Of a DNA stretch of 60,862 bases, positions 50,361 to 60,862 are shown one piece after another (within the stretch, counting starts at the first letter, position 1; every line of letters begins with the position of its first letter). The position numbers were made by a program, and so were the translations under genes. This DNA is from an uncultured Rhodobacter sp. Its GTDB lineage: Bacteria > Pseudomonadota > Alphaproteobacteria > Rhodobacterales > Rhodobacteraceae. Below the pieces are notes generated by a model. The model did no database searches and was not told where the DNA came from. It saw nothing but the letters and a program-made list of their open reading frames with translations. The stretch spans positions 1 to 60,862 of the forward strand of contig CAYQPD010000002.1 of NCBI GenBank assembly GCA_964419305.1. The letters run 5' to 3'.

Positions 50361-51173
50361 TCAAGGTCGCGCCTCGGCCAGCCGTCCACCGATCCGGACC
50401 GGGGCGATCTTTTGCGCCCGCCCGGTCCGATCATCGGTCTCGACATAAACCCCGGCGAGGGTCGCGGCTCCATTGGCGGGCTCGAACCGGGTCTTGGCCA
50501 TGCCGGTGACAAAGCGCCGCATTGGCTCGAGCTTTTCCATCCCGATCACCGAGTTGTAGTCGCCACACATCCCGGCATCGGACAGATAGCCGCAGCCGCC
50601 CGGCAGGATCATCGCATCGGCGGTCGGCACATGGGTGTGGGTGCCCACCACCAGACTGGCGCGGCCGTCGCACCAATGCCCCATCGCCATCTTTTCCGAG
50701 GTCGCCTCGCAGTGCATGTCCACCACCACCGCCTGCGCCATGCCGCCAAGGGGATGCGCGTTCAGCACCGCCTCGACCGCACTGAAGGGGTCATCGAACG
50801 GGCGTTTCATGAACACCTGCCCCAGCGCCTGCACCACCAGCACCTTGCGCCCGTCGCTGGCGGTAAACAGCCGCGCCCCCTTGCCCGGTGCGGCGCGGGC
50901 AAAATTCAGCGGCCGCAGCACCCGCGGCTCGGTCTCGATGAATTGCAGCATGTCCTTTTGATCGAAAGCGTGATCGCCCAGGGTCACGCAATCGGCCCCC
51001 GCATCCAGCAGGCCCTTGGCGTGGCTGGCCGTCAGCCCCATGCCGGAACTGGCGTTCTCGCCATTGACCACGACAAAATCGAGGCCCCATTCGGCGCGCA
51101 GCCCCGGCAGCCGCTCGGCCACCGCGCTGCGCCCCGCGCGCCCCATCACATCGCCCAGAAACAGTATTTTCAT
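50361..51173 (-). CDS. YmdB-family metallophosphoesterase (TIGR00282-like)
   Basis: ORF track. MKILFLGDVMGRAGR and VVNGENASSGMG motifs. Confidence 0.85.
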   Translation of the reverse strand: MKILFLGDVMGRAGRSAVAERLPGLRAEWGLDFVVVNGENASSGMGLTASHAKGLLDAGADCVTLGDHAFDQKDMLQFIETEPRVLRPLNFARAAPGKGARLFTASDGRKVLVVQALGQVFMKRPFDDPFSAVEAVLNAHPLGGMAQAVVVDMHCEATSEKMAMGHWCDGRASLVVGTHTHVPTADAMILPGGCGYLSDAGMCGDYNSVIGMEKLEPMRRFVTGMAKTRFEPANGAATLAGVYVETDDRTGRAQKIAPVRIGGRLAEARP

Positions 51174-51231
51174 GGCGTCTGGATAGGGGCGGCGGGTCTG
51201 ATCCGCAAGCTGATTATGGGATCGCCTGACC

Positions 51232-52122
51232 TCAGGCGGTCAGCCCTTCGGGCTCGGGCAGCCCCTTGGCACGACAGAAGGCGGTCAGGGTATTGGCCAG
51301 AAGACAAGCGATGGTCATCGGCCCCACCCCACCCGGCACCGGCGTGATCGCCCCGGCCACCGCGCTGGCGGAGGCAAATTCGACATCGCCCACCAGCCGC
51401 GACTTGCCGTCGCGCTGAATCCGATTGATGCCGACATCAATCACCGTGGCCCCCGGTTTCACATAGTCGCCGGTGATCATCTCGGGCCGCCCCACCGCCG
51501 CCACCAGAATGTCGGCACCCCGGCACACCGCCGGCAGATCGCGGGTGCGCGAGTGGGCGATGGTCACGGTGCAACTGTCGCCCAGCAGCAGTTGCGCCAT
51601 CGGCTTGCCGACGATGTTGCTGCGCCCGACCACCACCGCATTCAGCCCCGACAACTTGCCAAGATGATCGCGCAGCATCATCAGGCAGCCCAGCGGGGTG
51701 CAGGGCACCATGCTTTTCTGCCCGGTGCCCAACAGCCCGACGTTCGAGATGTGAAAGCCGTCCACGTCCTTGGCCGGATCAATGCTGTTGATCACCAGAT
51801 CGGAATTCAGATGAGGTGGCAGCGGCAACTGCACGATTATGCCGTGAATTTCCGGATCGGCGTTCAGGCGCGCGATCAGCGCCAGCAGATCGGCCTCGGA
51901 GGTGTCGACAGCCATCTTGTGTTCGATAGAGACCATTCCGACCTCGACCGTGTGCTTGCCCTTGGCGCCCACATAAACCTGGCTGGCCGGGTCTTCGCCC
52001 ACCAGCACCACCGCCAGCCCTGGCACCAGCCCGTGCTCGGCCTTCAGCCGCGCGACGTGATCCGCCACCTGCCCGCGCACCCGCGCCGCAAACGCCTTGC
52101 CGTCAATGATCTTCACCGTCAT
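51232..52122 (-). CDS. folD: Bifunctional methylenetetrahydrofolate dehydrogenase/cyclohydrolase
   Basis: ORF 51232..52158 trimmed to ATG 52122 ([12 protein letters not shown]...). GGGAGG RBS. Confidence 0.93.
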   Translation of the reverse strand: MTVKIIDGKAFAARVRGQVADHVARLKAEHGLVPGLAVVLVGEDPASQVYVGAKGKHTVEVGMVSIEHKMAVDTSEADLLALIARLNADPEIHGIIVQLPLPPHLNSDLVINSIDPAKDVDGFHISNVGLLGTGQKSMVPCTPLGCLMMLRDHLGKLSGLNAVVVGRSNIVGKPMAQLLLGDSCTVTIAHSRTRDLPAVCRGADILVAAVGRPEMITGDYVKPGATVIDVGINRIQRDGKSRLVGDVEFASASAVAGAITPVPGGVGPMTIACLLANTLTAFCRAKGLPEPEGLTA

Positions 52123-52435
52123 CGTGCCTCCCTGGCGGGGCACCCGGCCCCAGAACAACTTCTTCGCGCGCGATCGACCAGTCGATCAGACGCCGCCACA
52201 GGGCCTCGACCAGATCGGGGTCGAGCCCCACGGCCAGCGCCCGCGCCCGCACCCTGGCCACCACATCTTCCACCCGCTCGTCGATCCGGGCGGGCAGCCC
52301 CTCGCCCGGCTTGAGGTCAATCGCGCGGTCGATGTAGGTCGCGCGGCGGGCCATCAGCGCCACGAGTTCGGCGTCGAGCGCGTCGATCTGGGCGCGCAGA
52401 TCCTGCATCGTGCGGCAATCCTTCGGGGCTTTCAC
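52103..52435 (-). CDS. Chorismate mutase type II-like protein
   Basis: ORF 52103..52492 trimmed to GTG 52435, which has a [43 protein letters not shown] fits the AroQ helix-1 pattern. The 3' end overlaps the folD start by 20 nt. Confidence 0.6.
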   Translation of the reverse strand: MKAPKDCRTMQDLRAQIDALDAELVALMARRATYIDRAIDLKPGEGLPARIDERVEDVVARVRARALAVGLDPDLVEALWRRLIDWSIAREEVVLGPGAPPGRHDDGEDH

Positions 52436-52510
52436 GCCGCTCTCCCATGATCGGTCCCGCCACCTTCTGGGCGGCGGGATCGCCAAGGTCAAGATGCCGC
52501 GACGCCCCGG

Positions 52511-54187
52511 CTAGAACAGCCCCTCGACATTGCCATCGGCATTGAGCCGGATGGTCTCGGCCGCAGGCACCCGCGGCAGACCGGGCATGGTCATGATCTC
52601 GCCGCAGATCGCCACGATGAACCCCGCCCCGGCCGAAAGCCGCACTTCGCGGATCGGCATCGCGTAGCCATCGGGCGCGCCCTTGATCGCCGGGTCGCTG
52701 GTAAAGCTGTATTGAGTCTTGGCCATGCAGATCGGCAGATTGCCGTAACCGGCCACCTCCCACGCCTTCAACTGGTCGCGGATCGACTTGTCGGCCAGCA
52801 CCTCGTCGGCGCGGTAGATGCGCTTGGCGATGGTCTCGATCTTGTGGAACAGTGGCATCGCGTCGGGGTAGAGCGGCGCGAAATTGGCAGCACCACTTTC
52901 CGCCAGCGCCACCACCTTGTGCGACAGATCCTCGATCCCGGCCGAGCCAAGCGCCCAGTGCTTGCACAGAATGCCCTCGGCCCCCTGCCCGGCGACGTAA
53001 TCTTTTACCGCCGTGATTTCGGCATCGGTGTCGCTGAAGAAGTGGTTGATCGCCACCACCACCGGCACGCCGAAGCTTTTGACGTTGGCGATGTGCCGGC
53101 CAAGGTTCGGGCAACCCTTGGTCACCGCGGCCACGTTTTCGGCACCCAGATCGGCCTTCAGCACGCCGCCGTGCATCTTCAACGCCCGCACAGTGGCCAC
53201 GATCACCACCGCCGCAGGCGCAAGGCCGGCCTTGCGGCACTTGATGTCGAAGAACTTCTCGGCGCCAAGATCAGCCCCGAACCCGGCTTCGGTCACCACA
53301 TATTCGCCCAACCGCAGCGCGGTCCGGGTGGCAATCACCGAGTTGCAGCCGTGCGCGATATTGGCAAACGGCCCGCCGTGCACGAAAGCCGGGTTGTTTT
53401 CCAGCGTCTGCACCAGGTTCGGTTGCATCGCGTCCTTCAAGAGCACCGTCATCGCACCGTCGGCCTTGAGATCGCGGCAGGTGATCGGATGCTTGTCGCG
53501 GGTATAGGCCACCACGATGTCGCCCAGCCGTTTTTCGAGATCGGCCAGATCGTTCGACAGGCACAGGATCGCCATGACCTCGGACGCCACCGTGATGTCA
53601 AACCCGGTCTGACGCGGAAAGCCGTTGGCGACGCCGCCCAGGTTGACCACGATGTCGCGCAGGGCGCGGTCGTTCATGTCCATCACCCGGCGCCAGACGA
53701 TGCGGCGCTCGTCGATCGCCAGGCCATTGCCCCAGTAGATATGGTTGTCGATCATCGCCGCCAGCAGGTTGTGGGCGCTGGTGATGGCGTGGAAATCGCC
53801 GGTGAAGTGCAGGTTCATCTCTTCCATCGGCACGACCTGGCTCAGGCCGCCCCCCGCCGCCCCGCCCTTCATGCCGAAGTTCGGGCCGAGACTGGCCTCG
53901 CGGATGCAGACCACGGCCCGTTTGCCGATCCGGTTCAGGCCATCGACCAGACCCACCGTGGTGGTGGTCTTGCCTTCGCCCGCCGGGGTCGGGGTCATCG
54001 CCGTCACCAGCACCAGCTTGCCCATCGGACGGTGCTCAAGCGAGCGGATGAAGTCCTGCCCGACCTTGGCCTTGTCGTGGCCATAGGGCAGCAGGTGTTC
54101 TTCCGGAATGCCAAGCTTGGCCCCGATCTGCATGATCGGCAACTTCTTCGCTTCGCGTGCGATTTCGATATCGGTCTTGAAAGCCAT
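52511..54187 (-). CDS. fhs: Formate--tetrahydrofolate ligase
   Basis: ORF 52511..54256 trimmed to ATG 54187 ([14 protein letters not shown]...). GGGAG RBS. P-loop TPAGEGKTT. Confidence 0.95.
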   Translation of the reverse strand: MAFKTDIEIAREAKKLPIMQIGAKLGIPEEHLLPYGHDKAKVGQDFIRSLEHRPMGKLVLVTAMTPTPAGEGKTTTTVGLVDGLNRIGKRAVVCIREASLGPNFGMKGGAAGGGLSQVVPMEEMNLHFTGDFHAITSAHNLLAAMIDNHIYWGNGLAIDERRIVWRRVMDMNDRALRDIVVNLGGVANGFPRQTGFDITVASEVMAILCLSNDLADLEKRLGDIVVAYTRDKHPITCRDLKADGAMTVLLKDAMQPNLVQTLENNPAFVHGGPFANIAHGCNSVIATRTALRLGEYVVTEAGFGADLGAEKFFDIKCRKAGLAPAAVVIVATVRALKMHGGVLKADLGAENVAAVTKGCPNLGRHIANVKSFGVPVVVAINHFFSDTDAEITAVKDYVAGQGAEGILCKHWALGSAGIEDLSHKVVALAESGAANFAPLYPDAMPLFHKIETIAKRIYRADEVLADKSIRDQLKAWEVAGYGNLPICMAKTQYSFTSDPAIKGAPDGYAMPIREVRLSAGAGFIVAICGEIMTMPGLPRVPAAETIRLNADGNVEGLF

Positions 54188-54313
54188 GTAGTTCTCCCTG
54201 TGGGCACCCGCCCGCGCGCCGTTTGGTCTGACATAACGGCACCGGGCGCAAGCCACAGGAATGATTGCGACCTCTCAGGTCGCAAATTCGCCAAGCCGAT
54301 CGGGCTGCGCCCC

Positions 54314-54358
54314 AAAACGCAAGCGCTGGCACCGAAGGCATCGGTGCCAGCGCTTGCG
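54314..54358 (-). terminator. Strong intrinsic terminator after ftsH
   Basis: CGCAAGCGCTGGCACCGA and TCGGTGCCAGCGCTTGCG form a perfect 18-bp stem with a 5-nt loop. It is followed on the minus strand by UUUUGGGG, 19 nt after the ftsH stop. Confidence 0.85.
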
Positions 54359-54376
54359 GTTCGGCTTAGGGCTGCC

Positions 54377-56293
<1,917 letters not shown>

Positions 56294-56369
56294 GAACAGT
56301 CTCCTTGCGGTGCCGCCTTGCCCATGGCTTGCAGCTTTGTCTCTTAAGATAGAGATAACTCGCGGCGGT

Positions 56370-57602
56370 TCAATGCGATAAAACGGAAAGATGAAAAGCC
56401 TGCCCGCCGCCGACGGTTTCGGCCTGCCAACCGTCGGGACGCCCGGCCAGCGGTGCCGCCACCAGATCGCCCCCCCGCCACAGCGCGGGCGAGGCCAGCA
56501 GGCTGGCCCGAGGCAGGCCAGTGGTGCGCCACAACGGACAGTGCGCTAGCCCCGCTTCGCCCAGCGCCCGCACCTGCAAGCCCTTGGCCTGCGGCCCGCT
56601 CACCTGCCAGCGCCGATCCCACAGCGCCCCCGGCTCGGCCACCACATCGCGCACCGCCTGCCATTCCCGCGTCACCCGAACCACGCCGCGCCCGACCAGT
56701 ACCCGGCACCCCAGCAAGGTCGCCGTCTGTCCGGCCTGCACCGCCGCGATCAGTCGCGCCAGCGCCGCGCCGCGCGGGCCATATTCGCTTGAGGCCACCC
56801 AGATCAGCGCCGCGCGCAGCAACCGGCGCAGAATTTCGGGCGGCAGCTCGGTCAGGCACGCCGCATCCAGCACCACGTCGCCCGCCAGGGTGCGGGAAAA
56901 CTGCCGAACTGCGGCCATCACCTGCACATCCAGCGCCGCGCGCACCTGCGCCAGATGCCCGGCCACATGCGCCAGCGTCGGCGCGTCGATCCCCACCGCC
57001 GCCAGAGTGCCCAGCGCCTTGCGCACCCGCACCCGGTGGTAGTGCGCGTCGTCGTTGCTCGGGTCCTCGACCCAAGGCAAACCCTGCCCGGTCAGCCAGG
57101 CGCGCAACTCGGCCCGCCCGACCGTCAGCAAGGGGCGCAGCCAAGTGATCCCCTGGCTCAGGCGCCGCACCGGCATGGCGGCCAGACCATCGACCCCCGC
57201 CCCGCGCGCCAGCCGCATCACGAAGGTCTCGGCCTGATCGTCGCATGTATGGGCCAGCACCACCGCGCCCAGCCCGCAGCCCCGCGCCCAATCCGCCAGC
57301 AGCCGGTAGCGCGCGCGGCGCGCCTGATCCTGCAAGTTGCCGCGCCGATCCCAGCCCTGCCAGCGCAGCACCGTGTGCGGCACCTTGAGACCGGCACAGA
57401 TGCGCGCCACCTGATCCGCCTCGGCGGCGGACTCAAGGCGCAGGCCGTGGTCCACCGTGGCCACCCGCACCGCAAGCCCGGCCTGCACCGCAAGATGCAG
57501 CAGGGCGATCGAATCGCCCCCCCCGGAAACCGCAAGGCCCAGAGGTTGCGCCACCGCATCCCCCAGGCCTTGCAGAAACCGCTGCCGCACCGCAGCGATC
57601 AC
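56370..57602 (-). CDS. tilS: tRNA(Ile)-lysidine synthase
   Basis: ORF track (GTG start, GTGA overlap with the cpoB stop). PP-loop SGGGDS. Confidence 0.88.
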   Translation of the reverse strand: MIAAVRQRFLQGLGDAVAQPLGLAVSGGGDSIALLHLAVQAGLAVRVATVDHGLRLESAAEADQVARICAGLKVPHTVLRWQGWDRRGNLQDQARRARYRLLADWARGCGLGAVVLAHTCDDQAETFVMRLARGAGVDGLAAMPVRRLSQGITWLRPLLTVGRAELRAWLTGQGLPWVEDPSNDDAHYHRVRVRKALGTLAAVGIDAPTLAHVAGHLAQVRAALDVQVMAAVRQFSRTLAGDVVLDAACLTELPPEILRRLLRAALIWVASSEYGPRGAALARLIAAVQAGQTATLLGCRVLVGRGVVRVTREWQAVRDVVAEPGALWDRRWQVSGPQAKGLQVRALGEAGLAHCPLWRTTGLPRASLLASPALWRGGDLVAAPLAGRPDGWQAETVGGGQAFHLSVLSH

Positions 57603-58411
57603 AAACAGCCCAACCCCTGCATTGCCACCCCGGCGTCAAGCGCCGCCTGACTGCCGGGGAACCGGGTGCCGACCTCGGTCAGCGTCACGCAAGCCTCGGG
57701 CACCTGCCCCAGCTTGCCCAGCGCCTGCCCCAGCCTGACCAGCGCCTCGCCCGCCCGCGGCCCGTTTGGCGCGCCGGAAAAGCTGTCGAGATAGGCCCGC
57801 GCCGCGTTGGCGGTTTCGCCCAACTGGCTTAACGCCTCGCCGCGCAGAAAATGCGCCTCGAACGTCAGGGGGCCCCCGGTATAGGTCTGGGCAAAGGTCG
57901 CAAACTGGTCCGCGGCGGCGCGAAAGTCACCGGCATCGAGCACCGCCCGGGCCCGGTCGAAATCTGCCTGTTCCTGATCGGCCAGTTCGACCGCGCCGGT
58001 CCCCGCCACCGGGGCCAGCGGCGACGGCACGGTGCCCGCATCGCCCCCCAGCGTTGGCGTCGGTCCAAGGGCGGCCACATCGCCACCCTCAAGCTCGGTC
58101 AGGCGGAACTCAAGATCACCGACCCGGTTGGTGCCGTCAACCACCACCTTGTTCAGGCGCAGATCGACCACCTCGGTCTTGGCCGTCAGCGCGACCAGCG
58201 CCGCCTCGATCGCGTCCAGCCGCAGCAAGGGGTCGCCCCCGGCCGCCCCCGATTGCGCCGCCCCGGTGGTGACCAGTTCCTGCTTCAGGGCGTTGAACTC
58301 GGCACTCAGCGCCGCCAGTTCGGCCCGGATGTCGGCCAGCGTCTGCGCCTGACCTTCGGCCTGCGCCAAGCCGGGCAGCAGCACCAATACCAGCGTCAGA
58401 ACCCGCCACAT
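57599..58411 (-). CDS. cpoB: Tol-Pal system protein CpoB/YbgF
   Basis: ORF track. Signal peptide, coiled-coil N-terminal part and a TPR-like C-terminal part. Position downstream of pal. Confidence 0.85.
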   Translation of the reverse strand: MWRVLTLVLVLLPGLAQAEGQAQTLADIRAELAALSAEFNALKQELVTTGAAQSGAAGGDPLLRLDAIEAALVALTAKTEVVDLRLNKVVVDGTNRVGDLEFRLTELEGGDVAALGPTPTLGGDAGTVPSPLAPVAGTGAVELADQEQADFDRARAVLDAGDFRAAADQFATFAQTYTGGPLTFEAHFLRGEALSQLGETANAARAYLDSFSGAPNGPRAGEALVRLGQALGKLGQVPEACVTLTEVGTRFPGSQAALDAGVAMQGLGCL

Positions 58412-58415
58412 GACC

Positions 58416-58922
58416 TCAGGCCCCCGCGCCCTGGCTCAGCACCGTGACCGCACGGCGGTTCTTCGAATAGCAGGCCTCAACCGAGCAGACCTCGATCGGG
58501 CGCTCCTTGCCATAGCTTACGGTCCGCATCCGGCTGGCGGCGACCCCTTGCGAAATCAGAAAGTCCTGCACCGCCGAGGCGCGCCGCGCGCCAAGGGCGA
58601 GGTTGTATTCGCGGGTGCCCTGCTCGTCGGCATGGCCTTCGATGATGACGGCGTAATCGCCGTTGGTCATCAGCCAGCGCGCCTGCCCCGCCAGGGTGGC
58701 GCGGGCGGCATCATCAAGGCTGCTTTGATCAACCGCGAACAGCACCCGGTCACCGACGGTCTGGTTGAAATAGGCCACCGATGTGGGGTCGTTCGCCCCG
58801 CCAAGGCCGGTGCTGTCGATCCCCCCGGCACCGGCTCCGCCAGTGCCGTAGCGGTCGGGGTTGTTGCAGGCAGCAAGCGCCAGCGCCGCCACCAGAAGCA
58901 CGGCTGTTGAAACATGAGACAT
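58416..58922 (-). CDS. pal: Peptidoglycan-associated lipoprotein Pal
   Basis: ORF 58416..59027 trimmed to ATG 58922 (MSHVSTAVLLVAALALAAC, containing the lipobox). OmpA-like C-terminus (GHADEQGTREYNLALGARRA). Confidence 0.92.
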   Translation of the reverse strand: MSHVSTAVLLVAALALAACNNPDRYGTGGAGAGGIDSTGLGGANDPTSVAYFNQTVGDRVLFAVDQSSLDDAARATLAGQARWLMTNGDYAVIIEGHADEQGTREYNLALGARRASAVQDFLISQGVAASRMRTVSYGKERPIEVCSVEACYSKNRRAVTVLSQGAGA

Positions 58923-59005
58923 CGGGGATTCCTTCCTGAAAGAGGATCGTTGGCGCAAACATAGCAGGTCTCGGCAGCCTTGGGAATCACGGTGCAGCGG
59001 CATAT

Positions 59006-60343
59006 TCACGGCAGCAGCGGCGACCATGCCGGGTCCGACGCCGGGGTCTCGGTCGCCACCTGCCGCAGGTTGCGCCCGCTGATATCGACCGAGTAAAGCG
59101 CGGGCTGTCCGCCTTCGCCCGCCGTTTCGCGGGTGAACATGATCACCCGGCCATTCGGGGCCCAGGTCGGGCCTTCGTCAAGGAACGAGGCCGTCAGCAG
59201 GCGCTCTTCCTGACCGTTGAGCAGCATCACCCCAATATGAAACCGGCCCTCGTTCTGCTTGGTGAAGGCAATGTAATCGCCGCGCGGCGACCACACCGGG
59301 GTGCCATAGCGCCCCGCCCCGTTTGAGATGCGCTGCGCCTCGCCGCCGCCTGCCGCCATGATGTAAAGCTGCTGGGTGCCGCTGCGATCAGACTCGAACA
59401 CGATCCGGCTGCCATCGGGTGAAAAGCTGGGCGCAGTTTCGATGCTGGGCGCATTGGTCAACTGGTTCAGCGCCCCGGTCTCGGTATCGACGGTGTAGAT
59501 GTCGGTATTGCCGCCGCGTTCAAGGCTGAACACCACGGTGCGGCCATCGGGGGCAAAGCGCGGGGCAAAGGTCATGGTGCCGGGCTGCTCGTCGAGGCTG
59601 CGGGTTTGCAGGCTGGCCGCATCCATCAGGTAGATCTGCGGAAAGCCGCTGGCGTAGCTGGTGAACAGGATGCGGTCGCCGGTCGGCGAAAAGCGCGGGG
59701 CCAGCACGATCGAGGCGGAATCGGTGAGGTAAGACACGTTGGCCCCGTCGTAATCCATCACCCCCAGCCGCTTGGCGCGCTGATTTTTCGGCCCGCTTTC
59801 CGCGACAAACACCACCCGGCTGTCGAAATAGCCGCCCTCGCCGGTGATCCGGCTGTAGGCGGCATCGGCCACCTTGTGCGCCATCCGCCGCCAGCTTTGC
59901 GCGGTGCCCGCGAATTGCAACCCCTCGCCCAGTTGCTGGCCGGAAAACACGTCGAACAGGCGGAACTTCACCACGATCTGGTCGCCCGCAACCGATACCG
60001 CCCCGGTGATCAGCGCCTGGGCGTTGATCGCTTTCCAGTCGGGGTAGGACACCGGCGCGTCGAAACTGGTGACCTTGCTGATATGCGCCGCAGCGGGAAT
60101 TTCGGCAAACAGCCCGGTGCCCGAAAGATCCGACGCGATCACCCGGGCGATGTTGGCGGCATGCTCGGCTGCCGCGGCGTTTTCGGCCACGAAATCGGGC
60201 ACCGCAAACGGCAGCGGGTCGATCACGCCATCGGTGATCACGATATGCAGCGGGCCGCTTTGCGCCAGCGCGGTCAAAGGCGCACCTGCCAGCCCGGCAA
60301 GGGTCAGCGCAAATGCGCTCGCGAGGTTTCTGAACCGGGTCAT
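59006..60343 (-). CDS. tolB: Tol-Pal system beta-propeller protein TolB
   Basis: ORF 59006..60391 trimmed to ATG 60343 ([11 protein letters not shown]...), which forms an ATGA overlap with the upstream stop (60340-60343). Confidence 0.93.
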   Translation of the reverse strand: MTRFRNLASAFALTLAGLAGAPLTALAQSGPLHIVITDGVIDPLPFAVPDFVAENAAAAEHAANIARVIASDLSGTGLFAEIPAAAHISKVTSFDAPVSYPDWKAINAQALITGAVSVAGDQIVVKFRLFDVFSGQQLGEGLQFAGTAQSWRRMAHKVADAAYSRITGEGGYFDSRVVFVAESGPKNQRAKRLGVMDYDGANVSYLTDSASIVLAPRFSPTGDRILFTSYASGFPQIYLMDAASLQTRSLDEQPGTMTFAPRFAPDGRTVVFSLERGGNTDIYTVDTETGALNQLTNAPSIETAPSFSPDGSRIVFESDRSGTQQLYIMAAGGGEAQRISNGAGRYGTPVWSPRGDYIAFTKQNEGRFHIGVMLLNGQEERLLTASFLDEGPTWAPNGRVIMFTRETAGEGGQPALYSVDISGRNLRQVATETPASDPAWSPLLP

Positions 60344-60861
60344 TTGATCCTCATTTTGCTCGGGTTGAATTCCATCTCGATCTCGCGCCACTGGTCGTAT
60401 TTTTCGGGTGGCAACTGAAAGCCCTTGGCCCCGCAGCGCAAAATCGCCCGCCGCGCGGCCTCATAGGCTTGCAATGCCGCCGCTTCGGTGCCGCCCTGAA
60501 AACCGATCATATGCACCGATCCGGCATCCGGCACGCCACTTTGCGCCACCGTGACGCCGACCGTCACCGTCACCTGCAACGCGTCCGACGACAGCGCGCC
60601 GACGTTCCAGCATTGCTGCACCGCCAGCCGCAGGGCGTCCTTTTCGCCCGCCGTCATCGGTGGGCCAGCGGGCGCGGTAACGGCGGCCGGGGTGGCGTCA
60701 GCGGTCGCATCAGCCAAGGCCGCCGCCACCGCCGCGTCGGTCGCGCTGACATCAGGGGCGGCCGCAGCAACGACCGGGGCCGGGCGCGGCTTCGGGCGCG
60801 CCGAGGCGGTGGGTGCAAGCTGCGGCGCATCAGGCTGGGTCGGGGTGGCCTCGGTCACGAT
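60340..60861 (-). CDS. tolA: TolA-like cell envelope integrity protein (5' end runs off the window)
   Basis: ORF 60340..60858. The frame stays open to the window edge. Ala/Pro-rich linker and a TolA/TonB-like C-terminal domain. Position upstream of tolB. Confidence 0.65.
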   Translation of the reverse strand: MVTEATPTQPDAPQLAPTASARPKPRPAPVVAAAAPDVSATDAAVAAALADATADATPAAVTAPAGPPMTAGEKDALRLAVQQCWNVGALSSDALQVTVTVGVTVAQSGVPDAGSVHMIGFQGGTEAAALQAYEAARRAILRCGAKGFQLPPEKYDQWREIEMEFNPSKMRIK

Positions 60862-60862
60862 C

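Noticed and set aside
54188-54313. A possible ZTP (pfl-motif) riboswitch in the leader of fhs, a classic ZTP-regulated gene. The leader does contain an 8-bp hairpin, TTGCGACC-tctca-GGTCGCAA, at 54265-54285.
   Set aside because: I could not find the conserved ZTP elements (GACUGGCG-type junction, CCGGGC, or the 3' CCGCCUGGGC pseudoknot partner) on the minus strand. The hairpin alone is uninformative. A covariance-model search would settle it.

Overview
This is a 60.9-kb, high-GC chromosomal segment. Its gene content looks alphaproteobacterial and Rhodobacterales-like: phaZ / phaC-phaP-phaR, an F1-only atpHAGDC operon, groES-groEL behind a CIRCE operator, ftsH-tilS-cpoB-pal-tolB-tolA, and a GAAC-N7-GAAC SOS box. 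Coding density is very high. I support 65 CDS, two of which run off the window edges. One of these, a desaturase at 1-879, is absent from the ORF track. I also support several intrinsic terminators and operator-like sites. I see no rRNA, tRNA, CRISPR array, transposase or integrase. Most long ORFs in the track are antisense or out-of-frame shadows of real genes, as expected in high-GC DNA.

The stand-out accessory locus is 5130-7960 on the minus strand. It holds two tandem, diverged DUF2282-type precursor genes, each with a Sec signal peptide and four invariant Cys. A UUCG-capped hairpin with a U-run follows them. Downstream come translationally coupled DUF692 (MbnB-like MNIO), DUF2063 and DoxX genes. 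This is a bufferin/gig-type periplasmic RiPP metallophore operon, a class characterised only very recently and, as far as I know, not in this lineage.

Other points worth a second look:
- an SOS-boxed orphan ImuA-like gene;
- four CTGC-N3-GCAG PhaR-type boxes, including one in front of a MaoC/PhaJ-like gene about 19 kb from the pha locus;
- a 10-gene gamma-glutamylation-style amine catabolic island of non-canonical composition;
- a 72-nt near-perfect palindrome;
- an ATGA-coupled rlmJ-phzF-DUF1330 / terB-phnD-like gene chain;
- a small H-type-lectin-like gene;
- a chorismate-mutase-like ORF wedged between fhs and folD.

All family assignments come from motif recognition by eye; no searches were run. 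Coordinates of non-coding sites were anchored to ORF-track start and stop codons but could be off by a nucleotide.
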